Below, one piece after another: positions 51,628-60,754 of a stretch of 64,000 nucleotides of DNA. The notes beneath the pieces were generated by a model that ran no database searches, had not been told where the DNA came from, and was given only the letters and a program-made list of their open reading frames with translations. The DNA comes from an uncultured delta proteobacterium (GTDB lineage Bacteria; Desulfobacterota; RBG-13-43-22): NCBI GenBank assembly GCA_963843145.1, contig CAWJJC010000010.1, positions 128,001 through 192,000 of the forward strand. Reading direction: 5' to 3'. The translations under genes were made by a program, and so were the position numbers. The stretch's first letter is position 1, and each line of letters opens with the position of its first letter.

Positions 51628-52425
51628 CTAAGCCTCCGCAACCTCCGCCCCCAGCAGACGGCTAATCTGTCGGGCACTTTCCGCCACCTTCCGGCCGTAG
51701 AGCTTCATCCGTTTTTTGGGTATCAGGCCGGTTACAAACAAAACCCCCAGCAATCGCTCCCCCGAACCAAAGACGGGTGCGGCCAGGGCCTGGATCCGAG
51801 GGTGCATTTCCCCCGGGTCCTCGGCATAACCCTCCCGGCGGCAACGGTCCAGTTCCCGATCGAGGCGAGGGCGGTCCAGGCGCGAGGGATCGCCGTGAAA
51901 AAATAGTTTTTCCTGACTCAGGAGGCGCTGCCGGTCGGGTTCCGGGAGAAAGGCCGCGATCGCCTTGCCATGAGAACCGTGGCTGAGGGGGTAGCGTTGC
52001 CCCAGGCGGATGGTCAGGCCGAGTCGGCCGTCTCCCTCGTTCTTGGCAATAACAAAAACATTCCGATCGGCAATCAGTCCGAAAAAGGCCGGACTGCCTG
52101 TTTCCCGGGCCAGCCTGGCCAGAAGGGGATCGGCCACCTCCTTGAAATTCAGGTTGTCCAGCACCGCGCGCCCCAGGGCAATCAGACCCGGTCCGAGTCC
52201 GTAACGCCTCCCCTCCTCGTCCCGCTGAATAAAACCGAAAGTCTGAAGGGTGTTCAGGATGGCAAAGCCTTTACTTTTGTGGATGTCCACCTTCCGGCAA
52301 AGGTCGGTCAGGTTCATTCGGGACGGGGCCTGGCCGGCCAAAGCCAGCAGCAAACGGGCCGCCTGCTCAACGGCCGGAACCACTCGGCTGTATTCGGCTT
52401 TCGGAAGGGAATCAAGTTTTTTCAC
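51628..52425 (-). CDS. IclR family transcriptional regulator
   Basis: VPAVEQA..LL HTH, YGLGP, SHGKA, GYAED, LAAPVF. Confidence 0.9.
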   Translation of the reverse strand: MKKLDSLPKAEYSRVVPAVEQAARLLLALAGQAPSRMNLTDLCRKVDIHKSKGFAILNTLQTFGFIQRDEEGRRYGLGPGLIALGRAVLDNLNFKEVADPLLARLARETGSPAFFGLIADRNVFVIAKNEGDGRLGLTIRLGQRYPLSHGSHGKAIAAFLPEPDRQRLLSQEKLFFHGDPSRLDRPRLDRELDRCRREGYAEDPGEMHPRIQALAAPVFGSGERLLGVLFVTGLIPKKRMKLYGRKVAESARQISRLLGAEVAEA

Positions 52426-52452
52426 GGGAGGCTTTGTCGGATCGATAGGGAA

Positions 52453-52486
52453 TTCTGCATACAGAACAAATTATTTTATGCAGAAC
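52453..52486. promoter_or_regulatory. Putative IclR operator pair
   Basis: TTCTG-CATA-CAGAA palindrome plus related ATTTTATGCAGAAC, between a minus-strand TTGACA (52510-52515) and the iclR start. Confidence 0.45.
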
Positions 52487-52764
52487 AGACTACCTCTTCG
52501 GCCCCCTCCTGTCAACAAATTATCATCCGCTATTTTCGAACAGGGATCGCTTTTTTTCGCCCTGTTCTTAAAGGTGAAAAATACATTCTTAGACCCTGTC
52601 CCTCAGGCCTAGCGGGGAGGTGTGTTCATGAAGGAGAAACCAACCCCTTCCGCTCCGTCTTTTTCCTTGACCCTGTCGGCCCCTTTTCCTATACTCTTTC
52701 AGCCAAAAAGAAAACTTATCCGCTACCTGGCAATTCAGCCGCTTGGCCCAAAGGGAGGATGAAG

Positions 52765-53856
52765 ATGTCCGGCCTGGTTTTACCCCAAAAGCTGGTCAGT
52801 CAATTAATCGAGGCCGTTAAAACCGGGATCCTCCTGGCCGATAATGAGGGAACCATTCGTTTTGCCAATGAGTACCTGGGCGCGCTTCTGGAATACCCCA
52901 GGGATAGTCTGATCGGGAAGCCCCTGCACCATCTTTTTTTCCAGGAAGATGTCCCCGTTTTTCTGGCCAATATCATGAACCTGACCCTGAGGGACAAGGG
53001 CTTTGAGGGCGAGGTCCTTCTGCGCAAGGGGGGCGGGAGCACCCTTTTTGTCAAGCTTTCCACGGCTCGCTATCAGGAAGATTCACCCGAACGGGACATC
53101 CTTATTTTTACGCTCCAGGACGTCTCTCGATTTAAACAAATGGAAAAAAATCTTTTCTATTCGGAACGATTTGCGGGTCTGGGAAAAATGACCGATCAGA
53201 TCGCCCACCAAATCAGAAATCCGGTGGCTTCCATAGGCGGGTTTGCCCTTCGCCTGGCCAAGGAAAAAGTTCCCTATGAAATGTATACCCGCTATACGGA
53301 TATCATTTATACCGAGGCAATCCGTTTGGAACAGATCATCGACCGCCTGGTGGAATTCGCGCAAGTTTCTTCTCCGCGTTTCCGACCCATAAAGCTGGTT
53401 GAAATTTTCCAGGAGGTGCTCAAGACCCTGGCCCCGATTCAGGCAGCCAACCGGTCTCGGATCAGAATTCCCTCTTTGGAATTTTTACCGGAAACCACCC
53501 TTTACGGAGACCCCGGCCTGCTGGCCCAAGCGGTTCATTATTTGCTCCTGAATTCCCTGGAGGCCTCTTCCGATCCGGATGAAATTGAAGTATCGGGAAC
53601 GGTCCGGGACGATCAGGTGATCATCGAAGTCAAAGACCGGGGAGAAGGGGTCCTGCCCGAACACCTGCCTTTTGTTTTCGACCCATTTTTTTCCACCAAG
53701 TTCAATTACCTGGGTCTGGGCTTAACCACGGCCAAACGGATCGTCACCGAACATCACGGGCAGGTCGAAATTCTCAGTATCCCCAAAAAAGGCACGGAAG
53801 TGAGTCTGGTCTTTCCGAAAGATCGCCGTCGGCCCATAAGGACCCGGCTCATCTGA
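52765..53856 (+). CDS. PAS-domain sensor histidine kinase
   Basis: PAS N-terminus, H-box IAHQIRNP, LLLNSLEA, DRGEG, FDPFFSTK, GLGL; RBS GGGAGG. Confidence 0.9.
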   Translation: MSGLVLPQKLVSQLIEAVKTGILLADNEGTIRFANEYLGALLEYPRDSLIGKPLHHLFFQEDVPVFLANIMNLTLRDKGFEGEVLLRKGGGSTLFVKLSTARYQEDSPERDILIFTLQDVSRFKQMEKNLFYSERFAGLGKMTDQIAHQIRNPVASIGGFALRLAKEKVPYEMYTRYTDIIYTEAIRLEQIIDRLVEFAQVSSPRFRPIKLVEIFQEVLKTLAPIQAANRSRIRIPSLEFLPETTLYGDPGLLAQAVHYLLLNSLEASSDPDEIEVSGTVRDDQVIIEVKDRGEGVLPEHLPFVFDPFFSTKFNYLGLGLTTAKRIVTEHHGQVEILSIPKKGTEVSLVFPKDRRRPIRTRLI

Positions 53857-54055
53857 GGGACTTCGGGGCCCCGGCTGGCCCGCGAGAGATCAGATCCTGA
53901 ACCGGGCAATGAATCTATTATCGAGTTGTGCGCCAAGTGCTTCCGGACCGAAGTCTTTAGACCCCTGGCCTCATTGAGGACCGGCGGATAGTGGCGGAAA
54001 CCACTGCCAAGTTTCTTGAGAAACCAGGCTTTATTTACAGGAATGGACTTATACC

Positions 54056-54365
54056 TTACCGCATGACCCACTTTTGACCCGCCTCAATGGCAAACTGGCA
54101 TTCAAGGATCGGAGGCATTTCAGCCCTAAGCTTCCGAAAGTCCACTTCGGGATAGTCTCTGATCTTGACTCCGCCGGTCAAATTGAACCGGATAACCCGG
54201 TCTTCATCAAACCGCCAAAACTGACGCCTGATGGCCTCCAGGCATTCCTCCGAAGGGAGACCACCGGTCTGAATTTCGACCATCTCCCTATCATAAACCG
54301 GCAAGGGCACAAACCGGGTTTCAATCCGGTTATTGAGGACCTCGGCTTCGACAAACCCCTTGACG
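54056..54365 (-). pseudogene. C-terminal fragment resembling an SbcD/Mre11-type nuclease
   Basis: KGFVEAEV...TRFVPLP pattern without the phosphoesterase motifs. Confidence 0.45.
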
Positions 54366-54455
54366 AATATCTGGATTATTATAAAATAAAATAATTCGTG
54401 CACCAGGGGGTGCTTACTTGGCCCTCATCAGCGAAGACGAGGAGGAAGAACAGAA

Positions 54456-54986
54456 ATGCTGCCCTTTAAAAAAATCTTGTGCCCGACCGATTTCAGCGAT
54501 CCCTCTTACGAATCATTGAAAGCGGCAGCCGAACTGGCTGGTCATTTTTCGTCCGACCTGTATCTGGTGCACGTCATCCCGCCGATCCCCCTCTCTAATT
54601 TTATGAGTCCGGAAACGACGCCGGCCTTTGACTTTTCTCTCTACCAGGAAGAACTGAAAAAGGGCTCTGAAAAAAACCTGCAGGAGGTAATCGAGCGAAG
54701 GTTACCCAAAGGCCTTTCGGTCCATCCCCTGGTCGTGCTCGGCCATCCCGTCGAGGAAATCCTTCGACTCGCCCAGGATCAAAAAATGGATCTTATCGTG
54801 ATTGCCACGCACGGCCGTACCGGATTGCCGCATTTCCTCTTCGGTTCGGTGGCCGAAAAAGTCGTCCGGCTTGCGCCCCTCCCGGTGCTGATCGTGTCAG
54901 CGCCCCATGGAAAACCGGAGGAACTGAACCTTTCCAGAAGAGAATTTCTGGGTCTTTCGACTCCGGACGAAATTGGAAAAGTTTAA
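54456..54986 (+). CDS. Universal stress protein
   Basis: ILCPTDFS, LVHV, DLIVIATHGRTG, GSVAEKVVR..P.PVL. Confidence 0.92.
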   Translation: MLPFKKILCPTDFSDPSYESLKAAAELAGHFSSDLYLVHVIPPIPLSNFMSPETTPAFDFSLYQEELKKGSEKNLQEVIERRLPKGLSVHPLVVLGHPVEEILRLAQDQKMDLIVIATHGRTGLPHFLFGSVAEKVVRLAPLPVLIVSAPHGKPEELNLSRREFLGLSTPDEIGKV

Positions 54987-55159
54987 GAGCCGGATCAGAA
55001 GTGGAATGATCTTGAGACCAATTGAAATTTTGACATCGCCCCCTGGAGGGTCAACCATACATTCCCATCCGGAAAATCCCAGGGTCGGCTGAACCCAATA
55101 AGGTTTTTATTGTAGTCGGATAAAGCAGTTAGCTCTCCTTTACCTCAAATTCATTTTGT

Positions 55160-55175
55160 GGGCATCGATCTTGCT
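55160..55175 (+). promoter_or_regulatory. Putative sigma54 -24/-12 promoter
   Basis: GGGCATCGATCTTGCT fits the GG-N10-GC spacing. Confidence 0.5.
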
Positions 55176-55193
55176 TTATTTTCTGGTAAAAAG

Positions 55194-55240
55194 ACGCTAT
55201 ATGTGGTATTAAATTATTTAATTACCCCTATATGTATGCA
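55194..55240. promoter_or_regulatory. Tandem NrdR-box-like sites
   Basis: ACGCTATATGTGGTAT and CCCCTATATGTATGCA, starts 31 bp apart. Confidence 0.4.
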
Positions 55241-55281
55241 GTTACTATGAACCAGCGGCCCGGAGGGAACGCGCAATAATC

Positions 55282-55473
55282 ATGTTTATCGTAATCTGTT
55301 CCTGGTGCAATCGGGAGATCAGCCGGTTACCCGGAAAGGATGCGGTCTCCCATGGGATCTGCCGCTCCTGTTATGAGAAGACCATGGAGGAGGTCAGGTC
55401 CTTTGTACCTCGGAAGATCGAATTAATTAAAAGACCCGCTTCGGTGAACAATACCCTGGTGGAACAGCTCTGA
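55282..55473 (+). CDS. Small putative zinc-binding protein (63 aa)
   Basis: CSWC...SHGICRSC; GGAGG upstream. Confidence 0.7.
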   Translation: MFIVICSWCNREISRLPGKDAVSHGICRSCYEKTMEEVRSFVPRKIELIKRPASVNNTLVEQL

Positions 55474-55582
55474 CCCCCGATCGGCAGCACCTGAAATTCC
55501 TCCTGTCCGGAGAGAGATCATCTCCCCCGGCAGTCGCCCCCCCTTGCTGCCCTGGAGCCCGTTCGTTCCGGGCGCGGGCAAC

Positions 55583-55690
55583 TTACCTCAGTATTCGCTG
55601 CAGGGCCGCCAATAGCCGGTCCACGTTTTCCTTTCGGGCCGTGTGTCCCATGAGCAGAATTTCTTCGATGCCTTCCAGTAAGTTTTCCAT
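55583..55690 (-). pseudogene. Class V (alanine-glyoxylate type) aminotransferase remnant, both ends fused
   Basis: RBS GGAGG then MENLLEGIEEILLMG|HTARKENVDRLLAALQRILR*. Confidence 0.65.
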
Positions 55691-55877
55691 ACTTTTCCTC
55701 CGGTTGATGGCAGATGAAACTTCCCCATTCATATTAAATAACTCAGGAATTAAGAAAAAGGAAGTTGGATCTTAATAGTGTCCGGCAGGGGTTACAACTA
55801 CCTTTGATCGACAATTCCCAAAACCAAGGGAAGGATTTGGGCGGGCAAATATGATCCAGCGGTAGTCATCTTCGGTT

Positions 55878-57179
55878 TTATTGGGTGAGCGCCGGTAAAA
55901 TGAGAGCCAGTTTGGGGAAGAGCATTAAGAGGATGGCATTGATGATGATGGCGATCAGAAAGGGGAAGATCCCCTTAAAGATGGTCTCCAGGGGGAGCTC
56001 CGGAGCGATTCCTTTAATCACATAGACGTTGACCCCCACCGGGGGGGTAATGACCCCCATTTCACTGATCAGGACCACCATGACCCCGAACCAGATCGGG
56101 TCGAAGCCGAAACGGAGGACGACCGGATAGATGACCGGGACGGTCAGGACCACGAGGGCCATGGAGTCCATAAAACAGCCACCCACCAGATACATGAAAA
56201 GGATAATCCCCATAATCACGAACGGCGGCACGGGGAGCCCCGAGACCCAATCGGCCAGAATAAAGGGGATGGTGGTAACCGCCATGAAATGGCCGAAGAG
56301 CACGGCACAGGCGATAATGCACAGAACCATGCAGGAGGTCCGCAGTCCGCTCTGGGTCGCTTCCAGAAATACCCGCCAGTTAAACTCCCGGCGCACCAGG
56401 CCGATCACCAGGGCGCCGGCCGCCCCGATTCCTCCGGCCTGGGTGGGGGTAAACCAGCCCCAAAACAGTCCCCCGATCACCAGGCCGAATAAGAGAACGG
56501 ATTCCCCGGCGTTTAAGGTCGCTTTTATCTTCACCCGCCAGGGTACCGAGTCCCCCCGGGGGGCCATCTCCGGATGGCGCCAGCAGATGAAGGCCACGGT
56601 CAGGACGAACAGGAAGGTCAGGATCAGGCCGGGGATGATCCCGGCCACAAAGAGCTTGCCGATGGATTGCTCGGTGATGATGCCATAGACCAGAAAGATG
56701 GTGCTGGGAGGGATCAGGATCCCCAAGGCCCCGGCGCTGGCGACACAGCCGGCGGCCAGCGTATCGGCATAGCCATAGCGTTTCATCTCGGGCAGGGCGA
56801 TCTTGCCGATGGTGGCGGCGGTGGCGGCGGTGGAACCGCAGATGGCGGCAAACCCCCCGCAGGCCAGGACCGTGGCGATGGTCAAGCCCCCCCGCAGGCT
56901 GCCCATCAGGGCATAAGCGGCATCATAGAGTCTTTTCCCGATCCCGGCCGCGAAGGAGAAAGAACCCATGAGGATAAACATGGGGATGGCGCTCAGCGGG
57001 AAGGAAGAGAATTGTTCAAAAATATCCCGGGCCAGCAGCTTGCAAGCCGCCGGAAAGGAAACCAGGACGGAAAAGCCCGCCAAACCGACAAAGGCCATGG
57101 CAAAGGCGACGGGTAAACGGATTAAAAAGAGAAAGACCAGAAAGACGATGCCCAGGAGTCCAAGGCTAACGGGATCCAT
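55878..57179 (-). CDS. dctM: TRAP transporter large permease
   Basis: AIPMFILMG, GILIPPS, FTPTQAG, ITPPVGVN. Confidence 0.92.
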   Translation of the reverse strand: MDPVSLGLLGIVFLVFLFLIRLPVAFAMAFVGLAGFSVLVSFPAACKLLARDIFEQFSSFPLSAIPMFILMGSFSFAAGIGKRLYDAAYALMGSLRGGLTIATVLACGGFAAICGSTAATAATIGKIALPEMKRYGYADTLAAGCVASAGALGILIPPSTIFLVYGIITEQSIGKLFVAGIIPGLILTFLFVLTVAFICWRHPEMAPRGDSVPWRVKIKATLNAGESVLLFGLVIGGLFWGWFTPTQAGGIGAAGALVIGLVRREFNWRVFLEATQSGLRTSCMVLCIIACAVLFGHFMAVTTIPFILADWVSGLPVPPFVIMGIILFMYLVGGCFMDSMALVVLTVPVIYPVVLRFGFDPIWFGVMVVLISEMGVITPPVGVNVYVIKGIAPELPLETIFKGIFPFLIAIIINAILLMLFPKLALILPALTQ

Positions 57180-57681
57180 GCTTCACCACCTGGGACAAGG
57201 ACTGGACCACTTCCAAAAGAAAAACCAGACAGACGGGCACGGCCGAGAGCGCGATCAAAAAGGCAAAGGGGTAAAAGGGGACCCGGGAGGTGGACCCGAT
57301 TTCCCCGGCTTTCAGCAGGGACTGACCGTAGAGCAGGCTCTGCCAGGCCAGCAGGGCAAAAACCGCCAGCCCCAGCAGGGAGCTGAAAGCGCTGATCAGT
57401 CCCCGGGGTCGGGGAGATAACCGGTCTAACAGGAAGTCCACCCGGATATGCTGGCCTTTCAAAAGGACGTAGGCGATCGGCGGGGCGATGGCCACTACCT
57501 GAAAAAAGCCAATCACTTCGACGGCCCCGGGCATCGGCCAAAGAAGCAGTTTCGCCCCGACCACATCGACCAGATTGACCACAAACATGGCCAGAAAGCC
57601 AAACAACCCCACCCATTCCAAGGAGCGGCTCAGCGTGGTAATGAGCCGCTCCAGGGTACCTTGACGGTTGAGCACTTCCAT
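57166..57681 (-). CDS. dctQ: TRAP transporter small permease
   Basis: 4 TM helices, HIRVDF motif. Confidence 0.9.
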   Translation of the reverse strand: MEVLNRQGTLERLITTLSRSLEWVGLFGFLAMFVVNLVDVVGAKLLLWPMPGAVEVIGFFQVVAIAPPIAYVLLKGQHIRVDFLLDRLSPRPRGLISAFSSLLGLAVFALLAWQSLLYGQSLLKAGEIGSTSRVPFYPFAFLIALSAVPVCLVFLLEVVQSLSQVVKHGSR

Positions 57682-57695
57682 GGGGTTCCGTGGCC

Positions 57696-58763
57696 CTATT
57701 TCACCCGCACGGCGGCCGGACCGGTGGCGGACTTGACCCCCGCTTCGATTTGCTTTTTGGTCCAGAAATCGATCCGTTGTCCGATGAAGTCCAGCCAGCT
57801 CCGGACTTCCGGCTCCGGGTAGCCGACGCCGACCATGGATTTGACGTACTTATCCAGGACCGGATGCACGGCTTGCTTCCAGCGCGTGACCTGGTCCGGG
57901 GACAACTCCGAAATCTTCAGCCCTTTTTCCAGACCGTATTTTTTGCCATCGGTATCGGCGTTGTTCCACATGACCGCGAATTTTTCTTCGAAGGGATATT
58001 CATTGAAAATCTTTTGGATGTCGGGCGGAAGCTTGGCCCAGACCTCCTTGTTCATGATCAGGTAAAAGGTATACACCTGGCCGATAGGCCAACATTCCGT
58101 GGCGTATTTGGCCACCTCGGCCAACCGAAAGGCTCTCAGGGTTTCCATGGGGATCAGCAGCCCGTCGATCACATGTTTGCTGACCGCTTCATAGGCCTCC
58201 GGCATGGGGATGGCCCGGGCCGTCCCGCCCAGGGCCGTGACCGATTCGGCGATATACCCCAGTCCCCGCAGCGTCATGCCCTTCAGGTCTTCCAATTTCA
58301 TTACCGGCTTGGTGGCCGACAGGACCACGTTCGGCGGGCTGGTATGCATGGAGAGCATATGAATCTTGTCCCATTCCTTGGGTTTGAATTTCCGGAAATA
58401 ATCGTTGGCGACATGATTGGCCACCCAGGCATCGGGAAAGCCGATGGGCAGGTCCAGGGCTTCGGTCTCCTTGAAACGACCGAAGGTATAGGCGACGTTG
58501 GAAAGTCCGATATCCCCGATCCCTTCCACGACCCCGTCGTACATCTTAGGGGCGCTGAGCAGGGTGCCTCCGGGGAAATAGCGGAACTTCACCCGGCCGC
58601 CCGTTCGGGCCTCCAGGTCTTTGATCATTTCTTCGCAAATCTTGGATTGATTCGAGGGGGCCGGAAAGTAATTGCAGAATTTCAACTCGATGGCCGCCGA
58701 GGCGAGGGAAGGTACCACCAAACCCAAAACCAGTAGACAGGAAACAAATAGCTTCTTGCTCAT
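57696..58763 (-). CDS. dctP: TRAP transporter substrate-binding protein
   Basis: Signal peptide, YFPGGTL, DLKGMTLR, YEAVSKHVIDG. Confidence 0.9.
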   Translation of the reverse strand: MSKKLFVSCLLVLGLVVPSLASAAIELKFCNYFPAPSNQSKICEEMIKDLEARTGGRVKFRYFPGGTLLSAPKMYDGVVEGIGDIGLSNVAYTFGRFKETEALDLPIGFPDAWVANHVANDYFRKFKPKEWDKIHMLSMHTSPPNVVLSATKPVMKLEDLKGMTLRGLGYIAESVTALGGTARAIPMPEAYEAVSKHVIDGLLIPMETLRAFRLAEVAKYATECWPIGQVYTFYLIMNKEVWAKLPPDIQKIFNEYPFEEKFAVMWNNADTDGKKYGLEKGLKISELSPDQVTRWKQAVHPVLDKYVKSMVGVGYPEPEVRSWLDFIGQRIDFWTKKQIEAGVKSATGPAAVRVK

Positions 58764-58882
58764 GACTGTAAACCTCCTGGGAATAAATGAATGGAACGGG
58801 AGTTGCCTGACTTTTCCAATAAAGGGAATGAACACCCGATTGGTTGGCGATTGAAACCGATTCACCTCCTTTCCACTAGGAA

Positions 58883-58940
58883 TAGATTCTTACATCCATT
58901 GTTCCGAGAATTGGTCTCTAACAATGGATGTAAGAATCTA
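58883..58940. repeat. Perfect 21-bp inverted repeat
   Basis: TAGATTCTTACATCCATTGTT / AACAATGGATGTAAGAATCTA with a 16-nt loop. Confidence 0.9.
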
Positions 58941-59027
58941 AATTAAAAAACGTTATCTTTAAATCTGTTAAGTGGTTTTTATTACAGCCAAAAAGATTTT
59001 AAATATTTTTGGCTAGTATTAGTAACA

Positions 59028-59213
59028 TTAAACCACTTCTTTAAGGTCGCTGAAATTGATTTCCAGCATTTTTGCGCTGGCCAGAATTCGCTGAGCATTG
59101 CAATCCACGGCCTGGATCCCCTCTGATAAATCTTTTAGTTGTAAGGCGGCCTTTTTGATGATCTGGATTTGACTATCAATTTGTTCAAGGGCCTCGAGTT
59201 CCTGTTGATTCAT
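59028..59213 (-). CDS. Small helical hypothetical protein
   Basis: GGAG RBS; MNQQELEAL...NAQRILASAKMLEINFSD; follows the paaK-like gene. Confidence 0.65.
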   Translation of the reverse strand: MNQQELEALEQIDSQIQIIKKAALQLKDLSEGIQAVDCNAQRILASAKMLEINFSDLKEVV

Positions 59214-59260
59214 GATAGGGTCTCCACTTTTTCCCAAATAAATCCTCATTCCTATTATTC

Positions 59261-60601
59261 TTACTTTCGCAAGTCCTTAAATCTCTTGGCCTTGCCTTCC
59301 GGACGGGGTAACGTCTGAAAAGGATGAATTTCAATGTGATAATTCAGGTTGGTCTGGAGTCTCAATTGATTTTTTAAACGAGCCAAGCTCTCTTCCGGAA
59401 CTCTTTCCTGATCGCGCAGGGTCTCCACCTTTAAGGTTATATCGTCCGTATCCCCTTTCTTGGTGACGACCACTTCGTATTCGTCTCCCAACTCGGGAAA
59501 ACTGCGGACCACTTCTTCTATGGCCGAGGGCGACAGCAGGACCCCCTTAACCTTGGTGATATCATCCGCCCGCCCGGAAACCCCGCCTTTAAATAGCCGG
59601 AAGCTCCTCCCGCAGGGGCAGGGAGTATCGGCCCATTCGACCAGGTCCTTGGAATCAAAACGGATGCAGGGTTGGGCCATACGATCCAGGGCCGTGATGA
59701 CCATCTTCCCCTTTTGGCCCGGTTCGGTTATGGGTTTCCCGGTGATCAGGTCCTCCACTTCCACCAGGAAAAGGGCTTCGTTAATATGAATCCCCGATTG
59801 CTCCTGGCATTCGTATCCCCAGGCCCCGATCTCAGTGGCTCCCACGTGATCATAGACCTTGGCCCCCCAGGCCTCTTCCATCCTTTTCCGCGTGTGGGGG
59901 ATACTGGCCCCGGGTTCACCGGCGCAGACGATCTTTCTGATGGTCAAGTCTTTGGCCGGGTTGATATTCATACGGTTTTTGGCCGCATCGGCCATGGTCA
60001 GCACATAACTGGGAGTGGCCAGCATGGCGGTAGCCTGGAGTTCCTGGATCTTGAGGATCCGGGCGGCCGTGTCCAAAACCCCTCCGGGCACCACCTCACA
60101 TCCTATTTTTTCCGCCGCGTAATGGGCGGCCCAGAAGGCCACAAAGACATTATAGCCAAAGGGCAGGAAGACCCGATCGGTCTTGCGAAAACCCTGGGCA
60201 TAGAGGATATAGGCCCAGGACTCGGCCCACCACTCCCAATCCTGCCAGGTATCCGGCTGATAAACCGGTTGGCCGGTGGTGCCGCTGGTCTGCCGAAATT
60301 CGACCACCTCTTCCAAAGGGACGCAAAGGGCCTCCCCGTAAGGAAAAGGATTTTTGCGCTGGATGGAGCGCATCATGGCCTTTTCCACTTTGGGGACTTT
60401 TTGAATATCTTCATACGTCCGGATGTCCCCGGGCTCCAGCCCGACTTCCTGATACAGACGCCGATGGAACTTTGACCGCTCGTAGGCCCATTCAACGATC
60501 TTTTTGAATTTCCGAAGCTGAAGGGCGCGCAATGGCTCTTGCGGAAGTCGCTCCATCAGGGGGTTCCAATATTTATTCGCGTCTGCAGCCAAGGGTCTCA
60601 T
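59261..60601 (-). CDS. paaK: Phenylacetate-CoA ligase family protein
   Basis: QTSGTTGQP, AGEPG, GATE, GRADD, GKAKRFKDLR. Confidence 0.85.
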   Translation of the reverse strand: MRPLAADANKYWNPLMERLPQEPLRALQLRKFKKIVEWAYERSKFHRRLYQEVGLEPGDIRTYEDIQKVPKVEKAMMRSIQRKNPFPYGEALCVPLEEVVEFRQTSGTTGQPVYQPDTWQDWEWWAESWAYILYAQGFRKTDRVFLPFGYNVFVAFWAAHYAAEKIGCEVVPGGVLDTAARILKIQELQATAMLATPSYVLTMADAAKNRMNINPAKDLTIRKIVCAGEPGASIPHTRKRMEEAWGAKVYDHVGATEIGAWGYECQEQSGIHINEALFLVEVEDLITGKPITEPGQKGKMVITALDRMAQPCIRFDSKDLVEWADTPCPCGRSFRLFKGGVSGRADDITKVKGVLLSPSAIEEVVRSFPELGDEYEVVVTKKGDTDDITLKVETLRDQERVPEESLARLKNQLRLQTNLNYHIEIHPFQTLPRPEGKAKRFKDLRK

Positions 60602-60632
60602 CGTAACCTCGATCGGATCCGTTCAATCTTCT

Positions 60633-60651
60633 TGTTTCATCTAATGAAACA
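60633..60651. promoter_or_regulatory. Putative IclR operator upstream of paaK
   Basis: TGTTTCAT-CTA-ATGAAACA palindrome downstream of a minus-strand TTGACA-N18-TAGGAT. Confidence 0.65.
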
Positions 60652-60754
60652 TCTGGTTCATTGGATGATCCTAGCGAACTTCTCCCAAACCTGTCAAGCA
60701 CTAAATAGGGACCCCCTGGAATAAAATTTATTTTGGGCCGGGTCGCACCTTTCT

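Noticed and set aside
51970-52764. 628-aa version of the histidine kinase
   Set aside because: The N-terminal extension overlaps iclR antisense and promoter DNA; RBS and domain start indicate 52765
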